A DNA stretch of 64,000 nucleotides from Candidatus Eiseniibacteriota bacterium. Its GTDB lineage: Bacteria; Eisenbacteria; RBG-16-71-46. How positions within the stretch are numbered: the stretch's first letter is position 1; the number at the start of each line of letters is the position of its first letter. Position numbers and translations under genes: made by a program. The DNA is taken from assembly GCA_963776245.1 (NCBI GenBank), contig CAVZLN010000003.1:448001-512000 (forward strand). Direction: 5' to 3'. Positions 20,503-30,754 of the stretch are shown piece by piece. The notes under the pieces are model-generated. The model saw only the letters and a list, made by a program, of their open reading frames with translations. It was not told where the DNA came from and ran no database searches.

Positions 20503-21141
20503 ATGCGTCCGCTCGCCCTCGCGCTCCTCGCCACCCTCGCGCTCGCGCCGCCCGCGCGTGCCGGCGGGCCCGTCATCCGCCAGTCGACCTTCGCACTCGG
20601 CGGCGCCCGGTCCGTCCAGCTCGAGTTCCCGATCGGCGGGCTGTCCGTCGAGCCTTCGACCGACGGCAAGGTGCATGTCGAACTCTCGCTGCGCTGCGAT
20701 GACGAGCGGGCCAACTGTCAGGAACGCGCCGGAGAGATCGAGGTGGTCTCGTCCACGCGGCTCGCCGTGCTGCACGTGAAGCTCGACCGCTGGCCACCGC
20801 GCTGGAACCCGCTCGGGCTCCACATGGAGACCCGGGCGCGCGTCCCCTCCGGCGTCGCGCTCGTGGTCTCGATGGGGGCCGGCAATATCGACGTGCGCGG
20901 GCATGCCGCCGACCTCGACGTGCAGGTGGGGGTGGGCGACGCGGCGCTCCATCTCGCCCGGGGTGACGTGCGCCGCGCGCGACTCGAGGTCGGGGTCGGG
21001 CAGGCGAGGCTCAAGAGCGGCGAAGAGACCATCGGCGGAGAGGGCGGCCTGGGCCACGTCGTGGACTGGGACCGCGGCCGGGGGCACTCGACCCTCCACG
21101 CCAAGGTGGGCGTCGGCCGCATCGACGTCCTCCTCGACTAG
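20503..21141 (+). CDS. Secreted beta-strand-repeat protein, paralog of the upstream gene
   Basis: GGAGG RBS, signal peptide, GAGN/GVGD/GVGQ/GVGR repeats, VPSG vs VPRG. Confidence 0.6.
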   Translation: MRPLALALLATLALAPPARAGGPVIRQSTFALGGARSVQLEFPIGGLSVEPSTDGKVHVELSLRCDDERANCQERAGEIEVVSSTRLAVLHVKLDRWPPRWNPLGLHMETRARVPSGVALVVSMGAGNIDVRGHAADLDVQVGVGDAALHLARGDVRRARLEVGVGQARLKSGEETIGGEGGLGHVVDWDRGRGHSTLHAKVGVGRIDVLLD

Positions 21142-21190
21142 GAGACCTTCCCGAGACTCGCGCCTCCCGCGCGTGCTATCGTCGGCGCCC

Positions 21191-23062
21191 ATGAACGCTC
21201 ACGCGCCGCTCGCCGCCGCCCTCGCGCTCGTGGTGGCGTCCACGCCGACCCAGCCGCCGCTCCCTTCGCTGCGCTGGCCGTCGCCGGTGGTGTCGGGCGA
21301 GACCACGGGAACCTCGCTCGCCGTGCCGACCTACTGGCGCACCCGGGCGGAACGGACGCAGTACCGCGAGACCCCGGACTACGACGAGACCATGCGTTAC
21401 GCGCGCCAGCTCGAAGGCGGTTCACGCTGGATCCGGGTGGTGAACTACGGCACCAGCGGTCAGGGCCGCCCGCTGCCGCTCATGATCGTCTCGAAGGACC
21501 GCGCGTTCACTCCGGAGGCCGCGCTCGCCACGGGCAAGCCGATCGTGCTGATCCAGAACGGCATCCACGCGGGGGAGATCGAGGGCAAGGACGCCTGTCT
21601 GGCGCTGGTGCGCGACATGGCGGTGCTCGGCACGCGCGCCGACCTGCTCGACAGCGTCATCGTGCTCGTGCTGCCCATCCTCTCGGTGGATGCCCACGAG
21701 CGCCACAGCCCGTGGAACCGCATCAACCAGAACGGTCCGGCCGAGATGGGCTGGCGCACCGGTCCGGTGGGCCTGAACCTCAACCGCGACTACCTCAAGG
21801 CCGAGACACCCGAGATCCGCGCGCTGCTGTCGCAGGTGTACACGCGGTGGTGGCCGCACCTCCTGGTGGACGACCACACCACCGACGGCGCCGACTACCG
21901 CCATGACGTGACCTACAGCGCCCCCCACGGCGGCGGCACTCCCGCGCCGCTGGACCGCTGGCTGACCGAGGCGTTCGAGGGCCGCGTGATCCCGCGGCTC
22001 GCGCGGATGGGGCACCTCCCCGCGCCGTACCTCTCGTTCCGCAACGGGAGCTCGGACCCGCGTGCCGGCCTCGACTACGGCAACGCGCCGCCGCGGTTCT
22101 CGAACGGCTATCCGGTCATCCAGAACCGCGCCGCCGTGCTGGTCGAGACCCACATGATCAAGCCCTATGGCGTGCGCGTGAAGGCGACCTACGACCTGCT
22201 GGTGGCGCTGCTCGAGGAACTCCACGCCCGCCCGCGCGAGCTGGTGCGCGCGGTGGCCCAGGCGGAGGAATCGACCATCGCGCGCGGCCGGGAGCGCGAC
22301 CCGGCGAAGCGCGAGGTGGTGCTGGCGACCCGCACCACCGACACCGCCGTGCCCTTCGAGTTCAAGGGCTGGGTCACGCGCTGGGAGCCGAGCGAGATCA
22401 CCGGGGCTCCGTTGCCGCGCTACAGCGACGCGCCGTGGGACTCCGTCATCCCGCTCTACCGCGAGGTGACGCCCACGCTCACCGTGCGCCAGCCGGCCGG
22501 CTACGTGGTGCCCCAGGAGTGGGACATCGCGCGCGACCGGCTCGACGTGCACGGCGTGCGCTACCGCAGCTTCGCGAAGTCATGGACCGACACGGTCGAG
22601 GTGCAGCACGTCCTCGAGTGGCGCGCCGCCGCCGAGGAGCGTGAGGGACATCGGCCCATCAGCGTGGGCAAGGTGGCGCTCGAGCGCCGCGTGCGCACCG
22701 CGCGGCCCGGCGACCTGTGGGTGCCGCTCGACCAGCGCTCGGCGATGGTGGCGGTGCACCTGTTCGAAGCCCAGGCGCCGGACGGACTGATGTACTGGAA
22801 CGCCTTCGACACCGTGTTCGAGCGCAAGGAATACGGCGAGCCCTACGTGGTCGAGCCGCTGGCGCGACAGATGATGGCCGATGATCCGGCGCTGGCGCGG
22901 ACGTTCCGGGAGCGGCTGGCGAGCGACACCACCTTCGCCCATGATCCGCACGCGCGCAGCGACTTCTTCTTCCGCCGCTCGAAGTGGGCCGACCCCGAGC
23001 AGGACCTGCATCCGGTCCTCCGTGCGCTGCGGCGGCCGCCGGACGACGTGCTGGCGCCTTAG
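21191..23062 (+). CDS. M14 family zinc carboxypeptidase-like protein
   Basis: GIHAGEIEGK (HxxE), NLNRD, DDHTTDG; signal-like N-terminus. Confidence 0.88.
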   Translation: MNAHAPLAAALALVVASTPTQPPLPSLRWPSPVVSGETTGTSLAVPTYWRTRAERTQYRETPDYDETMRYARQLEGGSRWIRVVNYGTSGQGRPLPLMIVSKDRAFTPEAALATGKPIVLIQNGIHAGEIEGKDACLALVRDMAVLGTRADLLDSVIVLVLPILSVDAHERHSPWNRINQNGPAEMGWRTGPVGLNLNRDYLKAETPEIRALLSQVYTRWWPHLLVDDHTTDGADYRHDVTYSAPHGGGTPAPLDRWLTEAFEGRVIPRLARMGHLPAPYLSFRNGSSDPRAGLDYGNAPPRFSNGYPVIQNRAAVLVETHMIKPYGVRVKATYDLLVALLEELHARPRELVRAVAQAEESTIARGRERDPAKREVVLATRTTDTAVPFEFKGWVTRWEPSEITGAPLPRYSDAPWDSVIPLYREVTPTLTVRQPAGYVVPQEWDIARDRLDVHGVRYRSFAKSWTDTVEVQHVLEWRAAAEEREGHRPISVGKVALERRVRTARPGDLWVPLDQRSAMVAVHLFEAQAPDGLMYWNAFDTVFERKEYGEPYVVEPLARQMMADDPALARTFRERLASDTTFAHDPHARSDFFFRRSKWADPEQDLHPVLRALRRPPDDVLAP

Positions 23063-23092
23063 GCCGCGCACGACGGGCCGCTGGCCGAGCGC

Positions 23093-23527
23093 TCAGCGGC
23101 CCAGCAGCGTCTCCACCTCCACGACTGCCTTCTGCTCGTCCATCATGATGTGCATGAGCGTGTGGGTGTGGACCGCATGGCCCTTCACCATCGGCAGCAG
23201 CCGGGCGTAGGTCGCCGCGGCGGCGCTCTCGGTCTTGAGCGCTTCCTGGAGCATCACGCGCCAGTCCTCGGTGTGCCGGATGGCCGCGGGATCGCGGTCG
23301 GTCGCCGCCACGCCGCCGAGCTCGGCGATGATGGCGCGCACCTTTCCGGCGTGACCCACCGACTCCAGCGACTCCTTCTCGAAGTGGGCGCCCAGGGACA
23401 GGGACTCGATGCCCTTCACGTACGCGGCGTAGTGCGCGTACATCGCCTGCGCGCGCAGCTCCCAGCCGAGCGCCCGGTTGAGCAACCCGACCAGCTGCGC
23501 GTTCGGGGCCTTCTTCTTCGCTGCCAT
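23093..23527 (-). CDS. Ferritin-like (bacterioferritin-related) four-helix protein
   Basis: LNRALGWEL, ESVGHA, LGG, E..AAATY, DEQ; GGAGG RBS. Confidence 0.8.
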   Translation of the reverse strand: MAAKKKAPNAQLVGLLNRALGWELRAQAMYAHYAAYVKGIESLSLGAHFEKESLESVGHAGKVRAIIAELGGVAATDRDPAAIRHTEDWRVMLQEALKTESAAAATYARLLPMVKGHAVHTHTLMHIMMDEQKAVVEVETLLGR

Positions 23528-24082
23528 GGTGCACCTCCGTGAGGACGAGGGAGCCGCACCCGTCCGGATGGGATCGTTCCGACCGCGCCGGCGCCCGGTC
23601 CAGGCCGACCGGGACGCGGATCGCGTGAAAGGGCCACCGCCCTTCCGGCCGCAGTCTAGTGCCAGCCCCGCGCGGACCCAACCGGCGGTCCCGGCCGCGC
23701 CGGGGCGACCGCGCGCGGCACCCCGGTGTCCGTGCGCCGGAGCCCTGACATCCCGACAGTGGCGCCGCGCGTTCTGTCAGGGCGAGCCGCTTCCACGGGA
23801 ACTCCGGTGGACGGGTGGGAAGGGTCCGTGGTGCCGTCCCGGACGGTCGCCCGGGAAGTCCGCGGTCGCGCAAGCGCCCGTGCGAAACGGGATTGGTCGA
23901 CCGCGCGGGGCGGGCCGCGGGCGCCATCACCCTCGCTGGCCGGCACCGCCGGGCCCGCGCCACTTGCTGGCCCGGATGATGCAGACCTGTTCAGACGGCC
24001 CGTCGTACACGATCGCGCCGTTCAGGTCGCCCCCTCCAGGCGCCGGGCCGGACATCCTGTCCCGAGATCGGAGGACCGCACG

Positions 24083-24646
24083 ATGGCCACCTCTCTCCCT
24101 CAGGATCGCGAGATCCTCCCGCAGCGACTGGTCGTGGTGGCGCTCGGCGACCCATTGCGCGCCGACGACGCCGTCGGGCTCCACATCATGGGCGAGTTGC
24201 GCGAGTTCACGCGCTCGTGGCTCGGCCGCGTCGAATTCGTGGACGCGAGCCTGCCCGGCCACGCCCCCACCGAGCGGCTGCGCGGTCGCAGCGCCATGGT
24301 GCTGGTCGGCACGCTCACGCGCGGGAGCCGGCCCGGCACCGTGCACGTGCTCCCGGGTCGCGACGCGCTTCGCACCCGCCACGGGCATCCGAACTCCGCG
24401 CCCACCGGCAACACGGTCTCGCTGCTGCGCACCCTCCAGGCGCTGGACGCGCTGCCGCCGAACGTGACCGTGGTCGGCATCGAGCCCGCGCGCATCGAGC
24501 GCGCGATGGGGCTCTCGGAGGCGGTGCGCGAGGCGTTGCCCGCGGCGGTCAGCCGGGCGCACGCGGCGGTCGAGGCGATGATCACGTCGAGCGAGACGCA
24601 GGCCGCCCCCGGCGGCGAGCCGCGCCTGCGGGCCTCGGCGGGCTGA
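24083..24646 (+). CDS. Hydrogenase maturation endopeptidase-like protein (HybD/HyaD fold), metal ligands degenerate
   Basis: LGDPLRADDAVG, PGTV, VVGIEP...GLSEAV; next to hypA. Confidence 0.8.
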   Translation: MATSLPQDREILPQRLVVVALGDPLRADDAVGLHIMGELREFTRSWLGRVEFVDASLPGHAPTERLRGRSAMVLVGTLTRGSRPGTVHVLPGRDALRTRHGHPNSAPTGNTVSLLRTLQALDALPPNVTVVGIEPARIERAMGLSEAVREALPAAVSRAHAAVEAMITSSETQAAPGGEPRLRASAG

Positions 24647-24666
24647 GCGGCGCCCGGCGATCGAAC

Positions 24667-25041
24667 GTGCACGAGCTCTCGCTGGCGAACGAAGTCCACC
24701 GCACCTGCCGTCGGCGCATCGACGCGCAGGGCGGCGGCCGGCTCGAGCGCGTGCGCCTCGCCATCGGCGAGCTCTCCGCGGTCGAGCCCGACCTGATCGC
24801 CTTCGCCTGGGAGGCCGTGGTGAGCGGCGGGCCCGACCAGGGCTGCTCGATCGACGTGGAATGGCGGCCCGCGCGACAGGTGTGCGAGCGTTGCGGCGTT
24901 GTCCCGGGGCGCGCTGCGGGATCGTGGCTGCGCCTCTGCTCGCGCTGCGCGCGGCCGCTGCGCATCGAGGGTGGCGATGAACTCGACATCCTGCAGTTCT
25001 CCTTCACGCCGGCGGACGGCCGGGCGGAAACCGCCGAATGA
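24667..25041 (+). CDS. hypA: Hydrogenase nickel metallochaperone HypA
   Basis: MHELSL N-terminus (GTG start), GELSAVEP, CERC/CSRC, GGDEL. Confidence 0.95.
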   Translation: MHELSLANEVHRTCRRRIDAQGGGRLERVRLAIGELSAVEPDLIAFAWEAVVSGGPDQGCSIDVEWRPARQVCERCGVVPGRAAGSWLRLCSRCARPLRIEGGDELDILQFSFTPADGRAETAE

Positions 25042-25706
25042 CGGATGTCGATCTCCGGCAGAAGGTCCTCGCCGGCAATGAGGCCGCCGCGGCCGAATCA
25101 CGTCGCGCGTTCGAGGGCACGGGCACGCTGGTCGTGAACCTCATCTCGTCGCCCGGCTCGGGCAAGACCACGCTGCTCGAGGCCACCGTGGGACGGCTCA
25201 AGGACCACCTGCGCGTGGGCGTGATCGAGGGCGACATCGCCACCGAGCGCGATGCCGACCGACTGCGCCGGGCCGGCGTGCCCGCCCATCAGATCCTGAC
25301 GGGCGGGTCGTGCCATCTCGACGCGCGCCAGATCCGGAGCGCAATGGACGCGCCCGGGCTGCGGGCCCTCGACGTGCTCTTCATCGAGAACGTGGGCAAC
25401 CTCATCTGCCCGACCTCCTACGACCTCGGCGAGGACTTCAAGGCGGTGCTGCTCTCGGTCACCGAAGGCGAGGACAAGCCGTTCAAGTACCCGGGCATCT
25501 TCGCGCGCGCCGAGGTCACGGTGATCACCAAGCTCGATCTGCTGCCGCACGTGACGTTCTCGCTCAACGAGGTGCGCGGGCAGGTGCGCACGCTGCGCCC
25601 GGGTGGCCACTGGCTCGAGACCAGCGCGCGGACCGGCGAGGGGGTCGAGGCCTGGTGCGGGTGGCTCGAGCGCAGGCTGGCGGACAAGCGCGGCGAGCGG
25701 CGGTAG
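25038..25706 (+). CDS. hypB: Hydrogenase nickel incorporation GTPase HypB
   Basis: SPGSGKTT, IEGD, CHLDA, ENVGNLICP, EGEDKPFKYP. Confidence 0.96.
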   Translation: MTDVDLRQKVLAGNEAAAAESRRAFEGTGTLVVNLISSPGSGKTTLLEATVGRLKDHLRVGVIEGDIATERDADRLRRAGVPAHQILTGGSCHLDARQIRSAMDAPGLRALDVLFIENVGNLICPTSYDLGEDFKAVLLSVTEGEDKPFKYPGIFARAEVTVITKLDLLPHVTFSLNEVRGQVRTLRPGGHWLETSARTGEGVEAWCGWLERRLADKRGERR

Positions 25707-25756
25707 TCGGCGCCGGGATCCCGCCGCGCCGCCCGGACGGCCCCCGCGTCATGCCC

Positions 25757-26521
25757 CTACGCGAGCCCGTGCGCCTCCAGCAGCGCCCGATCGCCGAGCA
25801 GCGCGGACGTCGCGCCGTCGGCCACCACGATTCCGCCGTCGAGGAGCACGGAACGAGGGCACAGGCGCTTCACGAACTCGAGGTCGTGGCTCGCGAGCAC
25901 CAGCGTCGCGCCGAGCCCGACGAGCAGCTCGGCGAGTTCCCGCCGGCCGCGCGGATCGAGGCCGCTCGAGGGCTCGTCGAGCAGCAGCAGCCCGGGCCGG
26001 CAGGCGAGCGCGCCCGCGAGGCACGCGCGGCGCTTCTCGCCCGCGGACAGATGGTGCGGGGCGCGCGGCTCGAACCCGGACAGGTCCACCGCCGCCAGCG
26101 CCTCGCGCACCGCGCGCTCGACCTCGGCCGCCGGCCAGCGTCGCGCGTGCGGCCCGTACCCGACATCCTCGCCGACCGTGAGTCCGAACAACTGATCGTC
26201 CGGGTCCTGGAACACGATGCCGACGCGGTCGCGGATGCGCCCGAGCGTCTTCGGCGACAGTTCGATGCCATCGAGCACGATGCGGCCCCGGACCTCGTGA
26301 TGGTGCGCGGCCCGGTGCGCGCCGTGCGCGTGGAGATAGCGATGGCGCTCGGGGAGCAGCCCGGCGAGATGGAGCAGCAGCGTGGACTTGCCCGCGCCGT
26401 TGGGCCCGAGCAGGGCGACGCGCTCGCCGGCCGCGACCGCGAGCTCGATCCCGCGCAGCGCGGGCGAGCCGTCGGGGTAGTGATAGGCGAGGCCGGCGAC
26501 GCCGAGCGCGACCGCGTTCAC
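25757..26521 (-). CDS. cbiO: ECF transporter ATPase (NikO/CbiO) with His-rich insertion
   Basis: GPNGAGKS, FQDPDDQLF, LSAGEKRR, DEP; GTG overlaps the T-component stop. Confidence 0.9.
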   Translation of the reverse strand: MNAVALGVAGLAYHYPDGSPALRGIELAVAAGERVALLGPNGAGKSTLLLHLAGLLPERHRYLHAHGAHRAAHHHEVRGRIVLDGIELSPKTLGRIRDRVGIVFQDPDDQLFGLTVGEDVGYGPHARRWPAAEVERAVREALAAVDLSGFEPRAPHHLSAGEKRRACLAGALACRPGLLLLDEPSSGLDPRGRRELAELLVGLGATLVLASHDLEFVKRLCPRSVLLDGGIVVADGATSALLGDRALLEAHGLA

Positions 26522-27156
26522 GGCTCGATCCCCCCGCGCGCGCGGCGCGCACGATCGAGCGCTTCGGCACGCTCGAGCGTCCTCAGCAGCAGGGCCGCGA
26601 CCAGCCGGCCGAACGCCCGTGCGGTCGCCAGCGGCTCGCGAGCGAGCGGCGCCCACGCGCCCGCACCCGGGCGGCGAGCCTCACGCGCGACGAGCATGGT
26701 GCGCACCTGACGGGTGGTCACCGCGATGCCGGCGATCGACTCGGCCAGCAGTTCGACCAGGCGCGCCGGCGCGCGCAGGGCGCGCAGTCCGGCGACCAGT
26801 CCGGCCGGCCCGAGCACCGTGGCGAGCGCCGCGCCCGCCGCGGCGGCAGCGAGGGCGCGCGTCCCGAGCGCGGCCGCCATCGCCGGCCCGCGGCCGCGCG
26901 GCGCGAACAGCGCCGCCGACAGCGCGAGCGTGAGCACCATGGGAAGCAGCCAGAGCAGACGCCGGAGCGCGCGTGCCGGAGCCACCCCCGCGACCGCGAA
27001 CCCGCCCAGCGCGAGCGCGAACACGGCCGCCCATACCGCCCACGATCCCGCGGGCACCGCGCGGCCGTCCACACCGGCGGGCGCGAGCGCCGCCGCCAGC
27101 ACCGCGGCGAGCCCGAGCGCGAGCACGCGCCCGGGTGAGCTAATCGTGCGCGGCAT
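26518..27156 (-). CDS. cbiQ: ECF transporter transmembrane T component (NikQ/CbiQ)
   Basis: Hydrophobic; AREAR and ERAE...ARG motifs; between the M and O genes. Confidence 0.8.
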   Translation of the reverse strand: MPRTISSPGRVLALGLAAVLAAALAPAGVDGRAVPAGSWAVWAAVFALALGGFAVAGVAPARALRRLLWLLPMVLTLALSAALFAPRGRGPAMAAALGTRALAAAAAGAALATVLGPAGLVAGLRALRAPARLVELLAESIAGIAVTTRQVRTMLVAREARRPGAGAWAPLAREPLATARAFGRLVAALLLRTLERAEALDRARRARGGIEP

Positions 27157-28081
27157 CGCGACGGTCGGACAGGCCGCGGGTGCCGGCCCACGCCAGCGCC
27201 GCCACCACCAGCGTGCCGATCGCACCCGCCAGCAGGGGCGCCAGCCCGGCCCACCGTGCGGGCAGGCGCAGGAGCGGCTCGAGCAGCGGCGGCGCCAGCG
27301 GCCGCGCCTGCGCCGCGAAGCCGAGGTCGAGCGCGGTGCGCTCGAGGCCGTCGGGAAGCGAGGACGCCAGCGGCGCCAGGACCACGGCCACCGCGAGCGC
27401 CAGCGCCAGCCCGCCCAGCGCGAGCGCGCCGGTGTGGCGACGGCCCCCGTCCGCGAGGCCCGCGACGAGGTCGGGACGCCAGCGCATCACGGTCACCAGG
27501 ATGCCGCCGGTGAGGACGGCCTCGAGCACGCCGATGGCGAGATGCGAGAGGAGCATGAGCGGCAGGATGCCGCGCAGGGGATAGAGCCCCGAGCCCGCGA
27601 GCGCGAGCGCGGTGGCGAGCGCCGAGGCCACCGTCGCCACGAAGGCGCCCACCATGGCGCCGGCCACGCGTCCGCGCACGCCGCGGACCACGCGCGCACC
27701 GAACGCCGCGACCGTGAAGCCGACGAAGGAGCCCACCAGCCCCATGCTGAGGAGATTGAGCCCGTACGCAGTGAGCCCGCCGTCCTGGAACAGCAGCGCC
27801 TGGACGGCGAGCACGGTCGCGATCACGAGCAGCGCGCGCCACGGCCCGACCAGCACCGCGACCAGGGTGGCGCCCACCAGATGGCCGCTGGTGCCGGGGG
27901 CCACCGGGACGTTCACCATCTGCGCCGCGAACACGAAGGAGGCGAGCGCGCCCAGCGCGCCCGCCGGCACGCGCGCCCGGTCGCGCCGTTCGGCGCGCAG
28001 CGCCGCGGCGAGCGTCACCCCCGCGACCGCCCAGGTCGACGCGGCGACGGCGGGGCTCAGGAATCCATCGGGAACGTGCAT
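27140..28081 (-). CDS. cbiM: Ni/Co ECF substrate component NikMN/CbiM fused to PDGLE domain
   Basis: MHVPDGFL N-terminus, GTSGH, QALLFQDGG, ASSLPDGLE. Confidence 0.92.
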   Translation of the reverse strand: MHVPDGFLSPAVAASTWAVAGVTLAAALRAERRDRARVPAGALGALASFVFAAQMVNVPVAPGTSGHLVGATLVAVLVGPWRALLVIATVLAVQALLFQDGGLTAYGLNLLSMGLVGSFVGFTVAAFGARVVRGVRGRVAGAMVGAFVATVASALATALALAGSGLYPLRGILPLMLLSHLAIGVLEAVLTGGILVTVMRWRPDLVAGLADGGRRHTGALALGGLALALAVAVVLAPLASSLPDGLERTALDLGFAAQARPLAPPLLEPLLRLPARWAGLAPLLAGAIGTLVVAALAWAGTRGLSDRRDAAHD

Positions 28082-28270
28082 GTCGGCTCCGGGGTCACTG
28101 CGGCCTCAGCGTCGTCCGGCGGTCCGACCACGATCCGACCGCGGAGGTTCCAGGGTTCACGGCCGGGATTGGACCTGGTGGCGGGCAGACTACATGCGTG
28201 CACAGCGGCGAGGAAGGCGGTCCGCGGCGCCGGGCGCGGCCATCGGCCTCCGCGCGCGGCTTCGTCGCGG

Positions 28271-29338
28271 TCAGCAGATGCGCGGGAGCTGCTCCCCGCT
28301 CAGCATCTCGACCACCCGCTGGCCGCCGACGCGGCTGCGCATGAACACCCGGCCCGGGTGATCGGCGACCACCTCGCCGATGATCGCGGCGTCCCGTCCG
28401 AGCGGGTGCGCGCGCATCGCGGCGAGGGCCTGTTCCGCTCCGTCGCGCGCCACGATGGCGATCACTTTGCCCTCGTTCGCCACGTAGAGCGGGTCGAGGC
28501 CGAGGAGCTCGCATGCGCCGCGCACCTCTTCGTCGATCGGGAGCGCGGTCTCGTCGAGGAGTACCCCGACTCGCGCCGCCTGCGCGAGCTCGTTGAGTGC
28601 GCTCGAAACCCCGCCCCGGGTGGGATCGCGCAGCACGTGCACCCGGGGCCCGCACGCGGCGAGCACGCCGGCGACCAGCGTGTGGAGCGCCGCCGAGTCG
28701 CTCGCGATGGTGGTCTCGAACGCGAGCCCCTCGCGCACCGAGAGGATGGCGATGCCGTGCCGGGCGATGGGCCCGTTGACGAGCACGGCGTCGCCCGGCG
28801 CCGCGCGCGCCGGCAGGAGCGACACGCCCGGGGGCACCCGGCCGATCCCGGTGGTGTTGATGAACACCCCGTCACCCTTGCCGCGGTCGACCACCTTGGT
28901 GTCGCCGGTCACCACGCTCACGCCGGCCTCCCGGGCGGCGGCGGCCATCGAATCGACGATGCGCCACAGCTCGTCCATCGCGAGGCCCTCCTCCAGGATG
29001 AACCCGGCGGTCAGGGCCAATGGGCTGGCCCCGCACATGGCGAGATCGTTGAGCGTGCCGTGCACCGCGAGCGAGCCGATGTCGCCGCCCGGGAAGAACC
29101 GCGGGGTCACCACGAAGGAGTCGGTCGAGACCGCGATGCGCCCGGCCGGCACCTCGAGCACCGCGCCGTCGTGGCGCTCCTCGAGCGCCGGATTCGCGAA
29201 GGCGCGCAGGAACAGGCGCTCGATCAACATCTGGCTCAGGCGCCCGCCGCCGCCGTGGGCGAGCAGCACGTGCGGGTACTCGGCGATCGGGATGGGACAG
29301 CTGGCGCCCGGAAGTCCGGCCGCGGGGAGCTCGCTCAT
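28271..29338 (-). CDS. hypE: Hydrogenase maturation carbamoyl dehydratase HypE
   Basis: [30 protein letters not shown]-terminal QLPRIC. Confidence 0.97.
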   Translation of the reverse strand: MSELPAAGLPGASCPIPIAEYPHVLLAHGGGGRLSQMLIERLFLRAFANPALEERHDGAVLEVPAGRIAVSTDSFVVTPRFFPGGDIGSLAVHGTLNDLAMCGASPLALTAGFILEEGLAMDELWRIVDSMAAAAREAGVSVVTGDTKVVDRGKGDGVFINTTGIGRVPPGVSLLPARAAPGDAVLVNGPIARHGIAILSVREGLAFETTIASDSAALHTLVAGVLAACGPRVHVLRDPTRGGVSSALNELAQAARVGVLLDETALPIDEEVRGACELLGLDPLYVANEGKVIAIVARDGAEQALAAMRAHPLGRDAAIIGEVVADHPGRVFMRSRVGGQRVVEMLSGEQLPRIC

Positions 29339-30423
29339 CCGTTCCTCGTGTACTGGTGGTAGGCGGCGCACGCCCCCTCGCTCGACACCATCGGTGCCCC
29401 GAGCGGGCGTTCCGGCGTGCAGCGGGTTCCAAACGCCGCGCAGTCGGGGGGCTTCCGCTGCCCGATCAGGATGAGCCCGGCGATGCACTCGGGGGACTCG
29501 CGTGTCACCAGCCCGCCGATGTCGAAGCGCTTCTCGGCGTCCCAGCGCTCGAATCCGCCGCGCAGGCGGAAGCCGCTCCCCGGGATCACGCCGATCCCGC
29601 GCCACGCGCGGTCGCACACCTCGAACACCTCGCGCATCAGCGCCTGGGCCGGCCGGTTGCCGGCGCGCGTCACCGCGCGCGCGTACGGGTTCTCGACCCC
29701 GACCCGGCCCTCCTCGAGCGCGCACACCGCCCGATACACGCCCTGCACCAGGTCGAGCGGCTCGAATCCCGTGACCACGATGGGCACGCCGTGACGCGCC
29801 GCGATCGGTTCGTACTCCTCGTATCCCATCACCGCGCACACGTGCCCGGCGGCGAGGAAGCCCTGCACCCGGTTGTCGGGAGCGCCCAGCAGCGCCTCCA
29901 TCGCCGGGGGCACCCGCACGTGCGAGACCAGCACCGAGAAGTTGTCGAGCCCGAGCCGCTTCGCCTGCCACACCGCCATGGCGTTCGCGGGAGCGGTGGT
30001 CTCGAAGCCCACCGCGAAGAACACGACATGGCGGTCGGGGTGCTTCTGCGCCAGCTTCACCGCGTCGAGCGGCGAGTACACCATGCGCACGTCCCCGCCT
30101 TCCGCCTTCACGCTCAACAGGTCGGTGGTCGAGCCGGGCACGCGCAGCATGTCGCCGAACGACGTGAACACGACCTCGGGGCGGCGCGCGAGCGCGAGCG
30201 CGCGGTCGATCATCTCCAGCGGGGTGACGCAGACCGGGCAGCCGGGCCCATGCACCAGGGTGATCGATCCGGGCAGCATTTGGTCGATGCCGGTCCGGAT
30301 GAAGGTGTGGGTCTGGCCTCCGCAGATCTCCATCAAGGTCCACGGCCGCGTGACGCGCTCGTGGATGGCGCGCACGAACTTCCGCACGTCGGCTGCCTGG
30401 CGATACTCGTCGACGTACCTCAT
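29335..30423 (-). CDS. hypD: Hydrogenase maturation protein HypD
   Basis: [30 protein letters not shown]. Confidence 0.97.
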   Translation of the reverse strand: MRYVDEYRQAADVRKFVRAIHERVTRPWTLMEICGGQTHTFIRTGIDQMLPGSITLVHGPGCPVCVTPLEMIDRALALARRPEVVFTSFGDMLRVPGSTTDLLSVKAEGGDVRMVYSPLDAVKLAQKHPDRHVVFFAVGFETTAPANAMAVWQAKRLGLDNFSVLVSHVRVPPAMEALLGAPDNRVQGFLAAGHVCAVMGYEEYEPIAARHGVPIVVTGFEPLDLVQGVYRAVCALEEGRVGVENPYARAVTRAGNRPAQALMREVFEVCDRAWRGIGVIPGSGFRLRGGFERWDAEKRFDIGGLVTRESPECIAGLILIGQRKPPDCAAFGTRCTPERPLGAPMVSSEGACAAYHQYTRNG

Positions 30424-30451
30424 CGGGGCCGTCCGGGGACCGGGTGCTCGC

Positions 30452-30709
30452 CTAGTCCGGCTGGGGGATGTCGAGCTCGCCGAGCTCGCCCATCTCCTGA
30501 AGGGTGCGGAACACCTCCCGCGCCTCGTGCTCGCTCACCCGGCTGATCGCGAACCCGACGTGCACGATCACGAAGTCGCCGGTCCGGACCTCGGGGGTGT
30601 ACGCGAGGCACACCTCCTTCGTCACACCACCGAACGACACCGAGCCCATGGTCATACCGCCCGGGTCCTCGACGATCCTCAGCACCTGACCCGGCACGCC
30701 GAGGCACAT
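30452..30709 (-). CDS. hypC: Hydrogenase chaperone HypC
   Basis: [16 protein letters not shown]. Confidence 0.97.
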   Translation of the reverse strand: MCLGVPGQVLRIVEDPGGMTMGSVSFGGVTKEVCLAYTPEVRTGDFVIVHVGFAISRVSEHEAREVFRTLQEMGELGELDIPQPD

Positions 30710-30754
30710 GCGCGCTCCTCCCGGTTGACCGCGCCCGGAGGACGCGGCCCACCC

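Noticed and set aside
23651..23664. TGGCACTAGACTGC (minus strand) as a sigma54 promoter; similar TGGCGCAGGTGTGC at 19801
   Set aside because: GG-to-GC spacing is one base short of the strict -24/-12 geometry
28082..28270. Cobalamin or NiCo riboswitch before cbiM/nikM
   Set aside because: Conserved B12-box and NiCo core sequences not found; kept only as a low-score unknown leader
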